A stretch of DNA of 62,277 nucleotides, the filler included. It is 3 parts of 3 records of this genome, joined end to end, with 100 filler letters (N's around TTAATTAATTAA, not from the genome) between each part and the next. Parts side by side here need not be neighbours in the genome. Positions count along the whole stretch, not along the records: positions 1 to 29,168 come from DRR723986_4957; positions 29,269 to 54,925 come from DRR723986_4958; 1 more part is not named here. One strand, 5' to 3'. Shown piece by piece: positions 28,993 through 37,892 of this stretch. A program made the position numbers and the translations under genes. The notes beneath the pieces were generated by a model. That model was given only the letters and a program-made list of their open reading frames with translations, made no database searches and was not told the DNA's origin. Numbering within the stretch: position 1 is the first letter of the stretch; every line of letters begins with the position of its first letter.

Positions 28993-29041
28993 GGTTTCAA
29001 TCCTTACAGGAGGTGGTCAGGCCCCCGGCTGTTTTCGGGTC

Positions 29042-29167
29042 CTAGAGGTGGTCGTCGTATTTCTTGGCAAGGCCTTCGATGTCTTCCGGCGGCCAATCCG
29101 GCACTTCCATACCGAGGTGCAGGCCAAGACCAGCGAGGACTTCCTTGATTTCGTTCAGCGACTTGCG
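29042..29167 (-). CDS. rpoA: RNA polymerase alpha subunit, C-terminal fragment
   Basis: [31 protein letters not shown]...; lies upstream of rplQ; cut by the gap. Confidence 0.95.
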   Translation of the reverse strand, partial: RKSLNEIKEVLAGLGLHLGMEVPDWPPEDIEGLAKKYDDHL

Positions 29168-29168
29168 G

Positions 29169-29268
29169 NNNNNNNNNNNNNNNNNNNNNNNNNNNNNNNN
29201 NNNNNNNNNNNNTTAATTAATTAANNNNNNNNNNNNNNNNNNNNNNNNNNNNNNNNNNNNNNNNNNNN
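29169..29268. other. Artificial contig linker
   Basis: 44 N + TTAATTAATTAA (stops in all frames) + 44 N. Confidence 0.97.
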
Positions 29269-29291
29269 TTCGATTCCGGTACTCGCCTCCA
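29269..29291 (+). tRNA. 3' end of a tRNA, probably tRNA-Cys (attachment site)
   Basis: TTCGATTCCGGTACTCGCCTCCA = T-loop, acceptor strand ending GCC, U73, CCA; anticodon not visible. Confidence 0.7.
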
Positions 29292-29337
29292 TTTAAAAAC
29301 AATCACTTACATCACTCCTTGCCGTGCTTGAGGCCCT

Positions 29338-29358
29338 GCGTTTACAGGGGCGTTTACA
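29338..29358. repeat. Direct repeat GCGTTTACA x2, possible integrase arm-type sites
   Basis: Copies at 29338-29346 and 29350-29358, near the att site. Confidence 0.45.
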
Positions 29359-30430
29359 TTTTTGTGTCTTGAGACAGTGATTTCGCTCGATTGAGCTTGC
29401 GCAGAACCGCATCGCTTTCGTCCGGGCTAACCTGCGCATAATGCTCGATAACCTGCGCCGCGTAGCGAACCGACCACCCCATCAGCACCGCAATCTGGCG
29501 CAGAGACAGATCGGCATTTAGCAATCTTGTCGCCGCCGTCCCGCGCGTATCAGACAGAGTCTTCTCCCTGCCATCGATCCAAGGGGGGATCTGAGCTTCG
29601 CGCCGCCACTTGGTGATCTGGTTCGATGCCCAACGGGCCGTCAAAGGCCTGCCAAGCTCTGATACCAGCAGCACATCTTGGCCCTCCGGCGTCTCTGCGA
29701 TCAGTTTCTCAAGTGCCGATGTGGCCGGGATATATGCGATCTGGCCGCGCTTACTGGTCCTGAAGCGAAGGCGCTTGCCGTGCGGCGTGTCTTCGAATTG
29801 GTCCATTTTAACCTGAACCAGATCGGCCGCTCGCAAGCCGGTTTCGCATCCTGCGGTCAGGATCCTCTGCACCCATTTCGGCGCGTGCTTATTGAACTGC
29901 GCTATGTCGCCACTCGTCCAAATGATCTCAGTCCGGTTCGATTGGTAGAGCTTCTTGAGCTTGTGACAGTGATGCTCTTTCAGCTTTCCCTCTTCCACCG
30001 CCCAATTCAGAACGCGTGTCGCATGGGTGCCCGCCATGTCGTGCTGCTTGGGCGAATGGAGCCACTTCTTGCGCCAATTATTGACCTCGCCCCGCGAGGC
30101 GCGTTCTTCGAACATCGCGACAGGATCTGCACCGAATTCTTCGCGAAACAGCTCCAGCCATTTGCGGATATCAGCCTTTGAACGCTCAGCCTTGGGCAAG
30201 GACGCGCTGGACAGAAAATCGTCGACCAAGTGAGTCGTCAGATATTCAGCCGGGCTCACGGGCGTACCGCACTGTGAAAACGCATGGAAGAATTCGGGCT
30301 CTTTGGGGTTCGGGTCCGTCCCCTCCCAAAATTTGGGGCCGCCCCGCCAGGCATAGAAATGGTAGCGAACACCAGACACAACTTTGCGCCGGACACGGTG
30401 GACGCCCTTGGGAAGGTTACTTCTGGGCAC
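29354..30430 (-). CDS. Tyrosine recombinase/integrase
   Basis: N-terminal YFYAWRGG arm-binding-type domain; TGLR, SDTRGTAATRL, MGW, HY catalytic motifs; GTG start inferred. Confidence 0.92.
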   Translation of the reverse strand: MPRSNLPKGVHRVRRKVVSGVRYHFYAWRGGPKFWEGTDPNPKEPEFFHAFSQCGTPVSPAEYLTTHLVDDFLSSASLPKAERSKADIRKWLELFREEFGADPVAMFEERASRGEVNNWRKKWLHSPKQHDMAGTHATRVLNWAVEEGKLKEHHCHKLKKLYQSNRTEIIWTSGDIAQFNKHAPKWVQRILTAGCETGLRAADLVQVKMDQFEDTPHGKRLRFRTSKRGQIAYIPATSALEKLIAETPEGQDVLLVSELGRPLTARWASNQITKWRREAQIPPWIDGREKTLSDTRGTAATRLLNADLSLRQIAVLMGWSVRYAAQVIEHYAQVSPDESDAVLRKLNRAKSLSQDTKM

Positions 30431-30674
30431 GGCGCGCTCTCCGCTGTGCAACGAGGCTCGGTTGCGAAGTGGCCTCGCGTTCTGCCGCGCTGATGCCCTG
30501 AACAGCATCCAATCGCGCGCGAATGAGTTTCGGGTCATACCACCCGCGCCGCCCTGGCACCGGAGCGATACCCGTCCTACGGCAGAAGTCATAGAAGGAC
30601 GCGCTCGGCTCACTGTAGCCGAAGAGAAGCGCAAGCTCTGGGGTCGGAATCAGCTGAATATGGCTTGGGCTCAT
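30417..30674 (-). CDS. Putative excisionase/recombination directionality factor
   Basis: Small basic HTH-like ORF (PVPGRRGWYD...IRARLD) overlapping the integrase start. Confidence 0.6.
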   Translation of the reverse strand: MSPSHIQLIPTPELALLFGYSEPSASFYDFCRRTGIAPVPGRRGWYDPKLIRARLDAVQGISAAEREATSQPSLVAQRRARRAQK

Positions 30675-30832
30675 TTTTCAGCCCTCTCACCCACGGCTTC
30701 TTGCCGCGACATGGCTGCCCGCAAACAAGACACCACCTGAGCGCCCTGTGAGCGTAAGTTGCGCACAGCCTCCTCTTCGAGCCAGGCTTTCACGTCCGCT
30801 GGAAGGTTAAGTTTGAACTGGGCTGTCTTCAT
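30671..30832 (-). CDS. Arc/Mnt-family ribbon-helix-helix regulator (53 aa, not in the ORF track)
   Basis: MKTAQFKLNLPADVKAWLEEEAVRNLRSQGAQVVSCLRAAM...; GAGG RBS; ATGA coupling to the xis-like gene. Confidence 0.8.
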   Translation of the reverse strand: MKTAQFKLNLPADVKAWLEEEAVRNLRSQGAQVVSCLRAAMSRQEAVGERAEK

Positions 30833-30850
30833 ATTTACACCTCAACAAAA

Positions 30851-30890
30851 GGACATAAAATGTCCATATCATTGAGGACAAATATTGTCC
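30851..30890. promoter_or_regulatory. Two palindromic operators GGACA-N5-TGTCC between divergent Arc genes
   Basis: GGACATAAAATGTCC (30851-30865) and GGACAAATATTGTCC (30876-30890). Confidence 0.75.
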
Positions 30891-30901
30891 ATCATGCAAT
30901 C

Positions 30902-31207
30902 ATGAAAGAAGAAGCCTTGGTCCAATTCAAACTCTTGCTTCCTGCCGCGCTCAAGAAGCGTCTGGAAACGCATGCCACACTGAACCGGCGCAGCCTGTCT
31001 CAGGAAATCGTCGTCGCCCTAGAGGAGAAGTATCCGGCCGCAGAACCGGATGCGACATCCGATCCAGCGGCCCGTATGCTGTTCTGGCTCGCCAAACGCA
31101 TCCGTCGAAGAAACCCAAAGCCTGGGACGCCAAGGGACAAACAAGCCGCGCTATATGAACGCATTGCGGGCGATATCGCGGAACGCATGAAAGACATCGG
31201 CGAATAA
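30902..31207 (+). CDS. Arc-family DNA-binding protein
   Basis: QFKLLLPAALKKRLETHA..NRRSLSQEIVVAL. Confidence 0.8.
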   Translation: MKEEALVQFKLLLPAALKKRLETHATLNRRSLSQEIVVALEEKYPAAEPDATSDPAARMLFWLAKRIRRRNPKPGTPRDKQAALYERIAGDIAERMKDIGE

Positions 31208-31209
31208 CC

Positions 31210-31851
31210 CTAGTAGGCCACCCACTCATATCCGTGGTTGCCCTCGTGATCTTCCCATTCCACGCCAACTCCTCGTCGCCAATTCGATGATGAACAGCGC
31301 CGTGACGGCAGAACCCATTGCGGGGCGGCCGCTGGTGTCGTGCTTTGCCAGCCGAATTCGCCCTGCGTGCCATAGGTCCCGAGGCGCATGTTGTAACTCT
31401 CAGAACAATCATCGTCGCGACCGCGTTCGCGATGGCTGTAGTGCCGAACATCCCAGACACGAATCGAGCGTACGAAATCGAATTCCAGACCACTGATGTC
31501 GATATCGGCACCACCTTCGACTACCTGTGCCAGAATGACTTGTGCGAGCTGCTGACCTGATTGGTTGCTGGCCTCCCAGATTTTCGGGGCCGTGCTTTGC
31601 AAAGGCACACGCTCAGAAACACCCATCGGACAACGCCAGATTTGCAACGGCGGCTCAATCGGCCAGGGCGTGATCCGACGGATAAACACGGCACGGGCAT
31701 GGGCACATTCTGCTGACGCGGGCCACCCACCAGCCAGGCAAAGCAGAATGGCGCAGTCAACCTGATAGGCCTTAGCCGCCTGCGGAGCCACAGCTGAGAG
31801 CAGAGCCACGACAGCTCCAGCGCTCCAATTTCTGATAAGTCTGGACCACAT
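31210..31851 (-). CDS. Secreted Cys-rich protein, TrbM/KikA-like
   Basis: Signal peptide followed by DCAILLCL..C..A...F.....CP. Confidence 0.55.
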   Translation of the reverse strand: MWSRLIRNWSAGAVVALLSAVAPQAAKAYQVDCAILLCLAGGWPASAECAHARAVFIRRITPWPIEPPLQIWRCPMGVSERVPLQSTAPKIWEASNQSGQQLAQVILAQVVEGGADIDISGLEFDFVRSIRVWDVRHYSHRERGRDDDCSESYNMRLGTYGTQGEFGWQSTTPAAAPQWVLPSRRCSSSNWRRGVGVEWEDHEGNHGYEWVAY

Positions 31852-31961
31852 ATCAATAAATGCCTTTCGACTACATTACTGCATTATTGTTAAGCTACCT
31901 GAAATCCCGACCTTTACACCATATGCGAGCATAGTGTTTGTGATGCTCGCGCGCGTTTTGT

Positions 31962-31973
31962 GGAATATATTCC
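31962..31973. promoter_or_regulatory. Palindrome GGAATATATTCC upstream of the XRE gene, possible operator
   Basis: Perfect 12-bp palindrome; a second inverted repeat GCGAGCAT...ATGCTCGC lies at 31925-31950. Confidence 0.4.
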
Positions 31974-32009
31974 GTAGAGCGGTTCTTGTGATCTGGCCGA
32001 ATAGAGGCC

Positions 32010-32222
32010 ATGAAATTACGGGAACGAGTAGGGTTAAATGTCCGGAATCTAAGAAATTCCAGAGGATTGAGCCAAGAACAGCTAGCTTTGGCTGCGGATG
32101 TAGATCGCAGCTATATCAGCGAGATCGAACTCGCCAAAAATTCAGCATCAATCGATGTTCTGGAGCGGATCGCACTTGCTCTCGAAATCGACCCACAAGA
32201 GTTATTAAACAAGAGGGGCTGA
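32010..32222 (+). CDS. XRE/Cro-C1 family HTH regulator
   Basis: RNLRNSRGLSQEQLA..ADVDRSYISEIE. Confidence 0.9.
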   Translation: MKLRERVGLNVRNLRNSRGLSQEQLALAADVDRSYISEIELAKNSASIDVLERIALALEIDPQELLNKRG

Positions 32223-32224
32223 TA

Positions 32225-32425
32225 TTGCCCGAAATTACGAGTGTTCGCACAACGGCCGAAGCCATCGGCCGTATTTCATGCATCAAAACAGGTGAAGAAA
32301 TCGGCCTTCTGTATCGCTGGGACAACGGCGAGACGCAGGCTGCGTTGCACAATGACGGCGAGCCTATAGCGCAACACAACTCAGAGCTTACCACTGAACC
32401 AGACATTGGTGGAAAACGCAGCTAA
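32225..32425 (+). CDS. Small hypothetical protein
   Basis: TTG start with GAGGGG RBS directly after the XRE gene; GEEIGLLYRWDNGE. Confidence 0.5.
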   Translation: MPEITSVRTTAEAIGRISCIKTGEEIGLLYRWDNGETQAALHNDGEPIAQHNSELTTEPDIGGKRS

Positions 32426-32557
32426 CGGCCGGAAAGAGCCCAATTTTGATCGATGCTGCGAGATGCCCCAATGACAACAATGCGCAGAGAACGGACTTTG
32501 CAAAGTCGCGCGGACGGCCCGGAACGATCATTGGGCAATCCCTTCATGAATGTCCGG
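32399..32557. repeat. Left cargo-flanking array of inverted 9-mer boxes
   Basis: CCAGACATT-16-AACGGCCGG; AATGACAAC-12-ACGGACTTT; ACGATCATT-16-AATGTCCGG. Confidence 0.6.
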
Positions 32558-32642
32558 TATATGCCTCCCACAAACGTAACCGAGCTTTCCAGTTGCTTAG
32601 TTTCAGCGGCTATAGCAGGCTAGCTCGATGGTCAAACGTAGA

Positions 32643-33245
32643 TCACTGCCCCTTGGAGCGCAGACTTTCGATCTCTTGAGCCATGTCTTCCGTCAGTTCA
32701 TGGATAGCGCTATTTAACGATCCCCGGTGCAGTTCAACCCGCAGGGCGGTGACGTTTGCTTGAAAGCGCCGAGCAAGACGATCCGGGTCGGCATTTGATG
32801 GCAGCTCTCCCGCCTCACGGGCCTCTGTGAAGGCAGTCGCAAATTCTTCCCGCATCTGGTCGAGGTAGATCTGAGTCGCCTCAGCGATCTTCGGGTCCGT
32901 CGTCTTTGTATCCACAAGCGTCTTGGTGAGCATGCATGCCTGACGCGAGGCGTCTTCCGGGGCGAGGTCGGCGTATGATCGAAAATGCCTGGCCAGCCCA
33001 GCAAGCGGGGATGCAGCCCTTGCCATGTGATCGCGGAACCCCTGGCGGGAACGTTCGAAATACCGCTGTAGCGACAGCAGGTAGAGGTTCTCTTTGCTGT
33101 CAAAGGCGGCATAGATGCTGCCCGGCTTCAGCTTCAGGGCAGCCTCAAGATCCTTCAGCGACGTCGCGTGATAGCCCTTGCGCCAGAATAGGGTCATGGC
33201 GGCCTCAAGGGCGGCGTCCCGGTCATAGCTGGCGGTGCGGGCCAT
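32643..33245 (-). CDS. TetR/AcrR family regulator (NemR/ComR-like)
   Basis: FWRKGYHATSLKDL...GSIYAAFDSKE; ACML. Confidence 0.92.
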   Translation of the reverse strand: MARTASYDRDAALEAAMTLFWRKGYHATSLKDLEAALKLKPGSIYAAFDSKENLYLLSLQRYFERSRQGFRDHMARAASPLAGLARHFRSYADLAPEDASRQACMLTKTLVDTKTTDPKIAEATQIYLDQMREEFATAFTEAREAGELPSNADPDRLARRFQANVTALRVELHRGSLNSAIHELTEDMAQEIESLRSKGQ

Positions 33246-33248
33246 GGA

Positions 33249-33911
33249 TCAGTCCTTCATTTTGGCAAGTTGGCTCAGGATGTTGGTGTAGTTTTCCACC
33301 CCTTGTGCGCCGGTGACAAGGTGTTGGCTGTCAAAGACCACGGCGGGGACACCTTGAATACCCTGTTTGAGCCAGAACGCTTCATGGGCGCGGACCTCTT
33401 CCGCGTGGCGCTGATCTTGCAGAACGGCCAAGGCCTCAGCCCGATCCAGGCCGATCTCGTTCGCGACATCGGCCAGAACAGAGATCTCGGACAGGTTGCG
33501 CTGGTCGGTGAAATGAGCCGCGAACAGCGCCTGTTTCACGTCATGCACCCGCCCCTGTTGGCGGGCCCAGTGCAGCAACTGATGCGCGTTGAACGTGTTG
33601 TGCATCCGCATGTCATCGGCAAAACGGAACGGGAAGCCCAGATCCTCGCCAATCGCAGTCATCTGGTGGCGCGACTGTTCTGACTGCTCAGGCGTGGAGC
33701 CGTATTTTTCGATGATATGTTCGCGCAGGTTCTGCCCCTCGGGCGGCATCTGCGGGTTCAGCTCAAACGGGTGCCAGTGAAGCTCATGGGCTGTACCGGT
33801 GTCTTCCAAGGCCCGCGCTAACTGACGATATCCGATCACGCACCAAGGGCACATGACGTCCGAGACGATGTCGATACGGAGGACATCTGGTTTTTTTGCA
33901 GCCTTGTTCAT
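33249..33911 (-). CDS. DsbA/FrnE family oxidoreductase
   Basis: SDVMCPWCVIG, PFELNP, GVP. Confidence 0.9.
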   Translation of the reverse strand: MNKAAKKPDVLRIDIVSDVMCPWCVIGYRQLARALEDTGTAHELHWHPFELNPQMPPEGQNLREHIIEKYGSTPEQSEQSRHQMTAIGEDLGFPFRFADDMRMHNTFNAHQLLHWARQQGRVHDVKQALFAAHFTDQRNLSEISVLADVANEIGLDRAEALAVLQDQRHAEEVRAHEAFWLKQGIQGVPAVVFDSQHLVTGAQGVENYTNILSQLAKMKD

Positions 33912-34600
33912 GTCGCTTTCTGTTTTTGTAGATGAAGCACCCAGCCAGTTGCGGCCAGGTAGGCAAAACTCGAGAATAACAAGGGGCCGACAGTCCAAAA
34001 GCTCTTTGACACACTGAAAGTCAACGTGCCGGAAATATACCCGGCAACCCCTAGAGTAGCTAACGCAACCCCGAGGTACCCGATAAATCTTTGGTCATAG
34101 GCCCGCAGAAGGGTCAAGCCCATGAGCCCGGAAGTCAAAATGAAAAACATCGCCATTGTGCCCCCATAGTTGGTCGCGGCCAAGTGGATTAGTTCAATTA
34201 TTAGCGCAGCTGCTTCGGAACCTTGTGAAAGCTGTTCGGTGAACGCCTCTGATGCATACGGAAGCACAAGCCCATCCGCTACTGCGGCAACGAGATATAG
34301 AACAGACCCGGCTGAAAGGAATGAAAGCGTTGCAAATCCGAGACCGCGATACCCTTTGGCGGACAAGTCTTCCAGCAAAGCAAAACCACCAACCAGCATG
34401 AGTGGTACAGAGATAATCGCCATAATGTGGGACAGAATCCAACCAGATCCGCCGGCCACCATCAGAGTCCCGGCAAGATCATGCGGCGGGAAGTTCCAGA
34501 TCGTAACGCCTTCGCTTAGGTAAATCGGCGCCATACGAAGAATGTTCAGCAACCCACCGAGTACAAGTGCAATTCCGCCCACTTTATTAACAGTGTACAT
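33908..34600 (-). CDS. Hypothetical multi-pass membrane protein
   Basis: About 6 hydrophobic segments; translationally coupled to the dsbA-like gene; visibly lower GC. Confidence 0.7.
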   Translation of the reverse strand: MYTVNKVGGIALVLGGLLNILRMAPIYLSEGVTIWNFPPHDLAGTLMVAGGSGWILSHIMAIISVPLMLVGGFALLEDLSAKGYRGLGFATLSFLSAGSVLYLVAAVADGLVLPYASEAFTEQLSQGSEAAALIIELIHLAATNYGGTMAMFFILTSGLMGLTLLRAYDQRFIGYLGVALATLGVAGYISGTLTFSVSKSFWTVGPLLFSSFAYLAATGWVLHLQKQKAT

Positions 34601-34653
34601 TCATAAGTCTCCTGTGAGCGGTTGGGGCAGCATGCACCGCCCCAACATTGTGG

Positions 34654-35223
34654 TTACTCAGCCGAGGCTGCGGTTTTCTTTTCCCAAGCGAATTTCTGGA
34701 ACACTTGATCGATCGGGGTATGCGCAAAGTGGTTGGTGTAGTTCGACATCACCTTCTGAGACACGCCCAGGATCACTTCCAGGATGTTGCGGGGCTCGAA
34801 GCCCGCGTCGAGGAAGGCTTGGGTGTCGGCATCATCCACGAAACCGCGATTGCGGACGACCAGCAGGGTGAAATCACGCAGCGCTTCAAGTTTGGCTGTG
34901 GGCAGCGGAGTTTCGTTGCGCAGGGCTTCGGTGATGGCGTCGTCGACCTTCATCATCTTGGCGATGCCGGTGTGGGCGGGCACGCAATAATGGCAGTTCT
35001 GCTCGACGTTGACGGCCTGCCAGACCACGGTCTTTTCCTCATCCGTCAGGCTGGTGGCCAGGAACTGCTGATGGGCAAAATTATAGGCAGCCAGAAGCGG
35101 CGGAGCGTCGGCCATCGTGCCGTGCAGGCCGGGAATGCGGCCGTTGTTCTTCAGCGAGGTTTCCAGCAGCGGCTTGCCAGCCTCGGGCGCGGTTTCGATG
35201 GTGTGGATGGTAAAGTCAGCCAT
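34654..35223 (-). CDS. Carboxymuconolactone decarboxylase/AhpD-like peroxidase
   Basis: NCHYCVPAH (CxxCxxxH), KVMSNYTNH. Confidence 0.88.
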   Translation of the reverse strand: MADFTIHTIETAPEAGKPLLETSLKNNGRIPGLHGTMADAPPLLAAYNFAHQQFLATSLTDEEKTVVWQAVNVEQNCHYCVPAHTGIAKMMKVDDAITEALRNETPLPTAKLEALRDFTLLVVRNRGFVDDADTQAFLDAGFEPRNILEVILGVSQKVMSNYTNHFAHTPIDQVFQKFAWEKKTAASAE

Positions 35224-35259
35224 GGGATTTCCTTTCGTTCATGGAGAGTTGAGACAGGG

Positions 35260-35811
35260 TCAGCCGAACGGGCTGTAGCCCAGCCAGGTGTGGATCTGGC
35301 CGACCACCCACAGGGCGATCACGCTGGCCAGCAAGAAGGCGCCGTCCCAGATGATGGTGCCGCGAGGGCGGGCAACCCAGGGGCCTTCGGCCCGATTGGT
35401 TGCAAGTTTGGAAACCGGCACCCAAAGCAGCAGGCCACCGAACAGCAGGATCGAAGCCAGGTCGCCATTGACCAGCAAATGGGCGACAGCCCAGAGCGCG
35501 AAGCCGGTCAGCATGGGATGACGCACCCCATTCAGAATCACGCCGCGCTTGGCCGCCGGAGTGAAGAAGAAGATCGCGACCAGAACCAGCAGGTTGTTTG
35601 CATGGGTCAGGTAGGCAGGTGGGCTCCAGACATGGACGAATGGCGTTGCGCGAAAGCCGAGGGTCATCAGCGCGACCGAGATCAGTACCGCGACGGCCAC
35701 CAGCCGCCACCCGGTTGTGCCCAGGGCGGCCCGGGTGTTGGGGGCGATGCGTTTGAACAGATGCGCGGCCCACCAGAGGGCGATGCCAAAGATAAGAAGG
35801 ATCCAGCTCAT
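35260..35811 (-). CDS. NnrU family membrane protein
   Basis: RHPMLTGFALWAVAHLLVNGD. Confidence 0.85.
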   Translation of the reverse strand: MSWILLIFGIALWWAAHLFKRIAPNTRAALGTTGWRLVAVAVLISVALMTLGFRATPFVHVWSPPAYLTHANNLLVLVAIFFFTPAAKRGVILNGVRHPMLTGFALWAVAHLLVNGDLASILLFGGLLLWVPVSKLATNRAEGPWVARPRGTIIWDGAFLLASVIALWVVGQIHTWLGYSPFG

Positions 35812-35831
35812 TGGTATGTTCCGAGTGAGGG

Positions 35832-36632
35832 TTAGATTTTGGCGGGATTGATGCCCATGCGGACCATCTTCTCGCTCATGCGGATGGCGAGTTTGGCCGG
35901 GGTCAGACCCATCATGCGGATCATCAGACTGTTTCGGCGGCCGGGCACAACGGCAAAACGACGTCCAAGCGCGTTCAGACCTGCGGCCGCAACGTCAGCC
36001 GGTTCCATGCCCTTGAGCGGCATTTTCGACCAGTCCACGCCATTGTCGGCAACCATGGGCGTATTCGTCAGGCCGGGCGAAAGGACGGACACGTCAACAC
36101 CCTTTGGCCCCAGTTCACCGTGCAGTGCTGCGCCCAGGTTCAGGACATAACCCTTGGCGCCAGAGTAGTTGGCGAAATAAGGGAATGCTGCGTGCCCCGC
36201 CATCGACGAGACCAACAGGATGCCGCCTTTGCCGCGCGCGACCATGTTTCGGCTGAAGTGGTGGGTCAGTTCAAATGTGGACAGCACATTGATACGCAGG
36301 GACTGTGCCTCTTTCGCGGCATCTGTCTTTTCGAAGGCGCCATTGACCTCCATGCCCGCGCCAGGGATCAGCAGGCCGATTTCCTTGTCCACGGATTTGA
36401 CGGCTGCAATGCCTTCATCGGTGGCCAAGTCTGCCACGATGTACTTGGCCTGAATACCGTGCCTGGACTGCAGGTCAGCAACCTTGGCTTTCAACTCGGC
36501 CTCCTTGCGGGCCACGACGACCACGTTCAGCCCCTTGGCTGCGACCTGGTCGGCCAGTTCGGCTCCAATGCCCGAGGTTCCCCCGGTGATCAGAGCCCAG
36601 TCTCCGTATTTTTCTTTGAACGGTGTGGCCAT
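35832..36632 (-). CDS. Short-chain dehydrogenase/reductase
   Basis: TGGTSGIG, YSGAK, PGLTNT. Confidence 0.9.
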   Translation of the reverse strand: MATPFKEKYGDWALITGGTSGIGAELADQVAAKGLNVVVVARKEAELKAKVADLQSRHGIQAKYIVADLATDEGIAAVKSVDKEIGLLIPGAGMEVNGAFEKTDAAKEAQSLRINVLSTFELTHHFSRNMVARGKGGILLVSSMAGHAAFPYFANYSGAKGYVLNLGAALHGELGPKGVDVSVLSPGLTNTPMVADNGVDWSKMPLKGMEPADVAAAGLNALGRRFAVVPGRRNSLMIRMMGLTPAKLAIRMSEKMVRMGINPAKI

Positions 36633-36680
36633 CGTTTCGAATCCTTTATTCGTGTGGCGTTGGAGGATGAATAAATTTTC

Positions 36681-36720
36681 TTGAGTGATTGCTCAACATG
36701 ATTATTGAGCAATCACTCAA
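36681..36720. promoter_or_regulatory. Tandem palindromic TetR-type operator
   Basis: TTGAGTGATTGCTCAA-CATGATTA-TTGAGCAATCACTCAA, a 16-bp perfect inverted repeat in which each arm is itself near-palindromic. Confidence 0.75.
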
Positions 36721-36728
36721 ATGTGAGA

Positions 36729-37211
36729 TCAGCTGCGCAAAATGGCGATCAGACGTGGCCGGATCAGAGTGGTCATGACCAGCGCCATAACGAGGCCAAC
36801 AGGGAAGGATGTCACAAGTGCGTTCCACCAGAGGCCCGCGAAGATTTGGGTGTCGCCAAACCCGGCGGTGGTTCCGGCGGTGATCACCGCCATCAGGGAT
36901 TGCATGACAAAGGCCATGATGACGCCAAGCACAATGTTTTGACCCAGAGGCGAGAGTTTCGGCAGGGCTGCCTCGATTACCCGGGCCAGAAGGCCCATTA
37001 CGATCAGGGCAAAGGGCATCAGAACAAAGAGGGCTTTCAGGAACGAGATGCCCCAATCGGCAAGGAATGCGTTGCCAAACCCGGTGTTGGCCCATGTCAT
37101 GACCCCGGTCAGGATCGACGCGACCGGAGCCATGACGGAAAGGGCGATGGCGATCTTGGTCGGGGTGGAACGTTTGGTTCCGGGTGCGGTGGTGTACGTG
37201 CTGTCGGTCAT
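36729..37211 (-). CDS. DUF2798-like membrane protein
   Basis: Two internal repeats of M...T..N/T.GFG..F...W. Confidence 0.6.
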   Translation of the reverse strand: MTDSTYTTAPGTKRSTPTKIAIALSVMAPVASILTGVMTWANTGFGNAFLADWGISFLKALFVLMPFALIVMGLLARVIEAALPKLSPLGQNIVLGVIMAFVMQSLMAVITAGTTAGFGDTQIFAGLWWNALVTSFPVGLVMALVMTTLIRPRLIAILRS

Positions 37212-37239
37212 TTTGGTTCTCGCATGTTTGGGAAACGAA

Positions 37240-37259
37240 GGCCGGGCAAAAGCCCGGCC
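37240..37259 (-). terminator. GC-rich hairpin after the DoxX-like gene
   Basis: GGCCGGGC-AAAA-GCCCGGCC. Confidence 0.5.
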
Positions 37260-37298
37260 AGTTTGGGAGGTGTCGGGTTTCGGACTGCGATTGGCGCT

Positions 37299-37829
37299 TC
37301 AGGCCCAGGCCGCGATCGATGTGGTGTTGCGGCGGCGCAGCCAGGCGTTCAACATGGCCAGTCCCATAACGATCAGGGTGACAACCGGCGGCTTGGACTG
37401 GAACGGCAGCACCTCAGCCGGGACATTCGGGCGCAGGTGGACATAGACCGCCACCAGCATGATCACGACGATCACAAGGTTGGTCAGGTAGAAAACCGCA
37501 TCTGCAACCGGTCCGTGCAGTCGGCGGCCCAGGATAAAGAAACCCAACAGGATAAGGCCGACAGAGATTTCACCGGCTTGCCCGGCAAAAGCTGACAGTT
37601 TCGGGAAGGGCAGTTCGCTCAGCGCGATCTGCTGGGCGAACATGTTGGAGAACGGCATGAAGAATTTGGCCACACCGCCCAGTAGCAGGAAGGATCCCAT
37701 CACGCCCGACAGCACGCGCTCGGCGTTTTGCGTTGGTGTGCCCCCCGAACGGCGGATGACAAGCCATGCTCCCAGGGTGACGGCCAATACGATGCCAATG
37801 AGGACAAGTTCGCGGATGATCTGTTCCAT
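37299..37829 (-). CDS. DoxX-like membrane protein
   Basis: GG.AKF...GEI..GL...IMLVAVYVH. Confidence 0.6.
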   Translation of the reverse strand: MEQIIRELVLIGIVLAVTLGAWLVIRRSGGTPTQNAERVLSGVMGSFLLLGGVAKFFMPFSNMFAQQIALSELPFPKLSAFAGQAGEISVGLILLGFFILGRRLHGPVADAVFYLTNLVIVVIMLVAVYVHLRPNVPAEVLPFQSKPPVVTLIVMGLAMLNAWLRRRNTTSIAAWA

Positions 37830-37892
37830 TGTACGGTTCCTGTGATGAAGGGGGAGGCGTCCAATTCGGATTGGACGCCAGAAATCTGTGCG

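Noticed and set aside
29213-29224. TTAATTAATTAA palindrome (also at 54970-54981)
   Set aside because: Synthetic all-frame-stop linker inside N padding; not biological
27000-30430. Functional link between rtcB and the tRNA-integrated element
   Set aside because: They are on different contigs separated by an artificial linker
32010-32425. XRE + small ORF as a toxin-antitoxin pair
   Set aside because: The second ORF shows no recognisable toxin motif; left as hypothetical
32419-32560. Possible integron attC (stop codon within TAAC)
   Set aside because: No RYYYAAC/GTTRRRY pair with a long imperfect palindrome, and the integrase is not IntI-like; reported instead as a distinct box array
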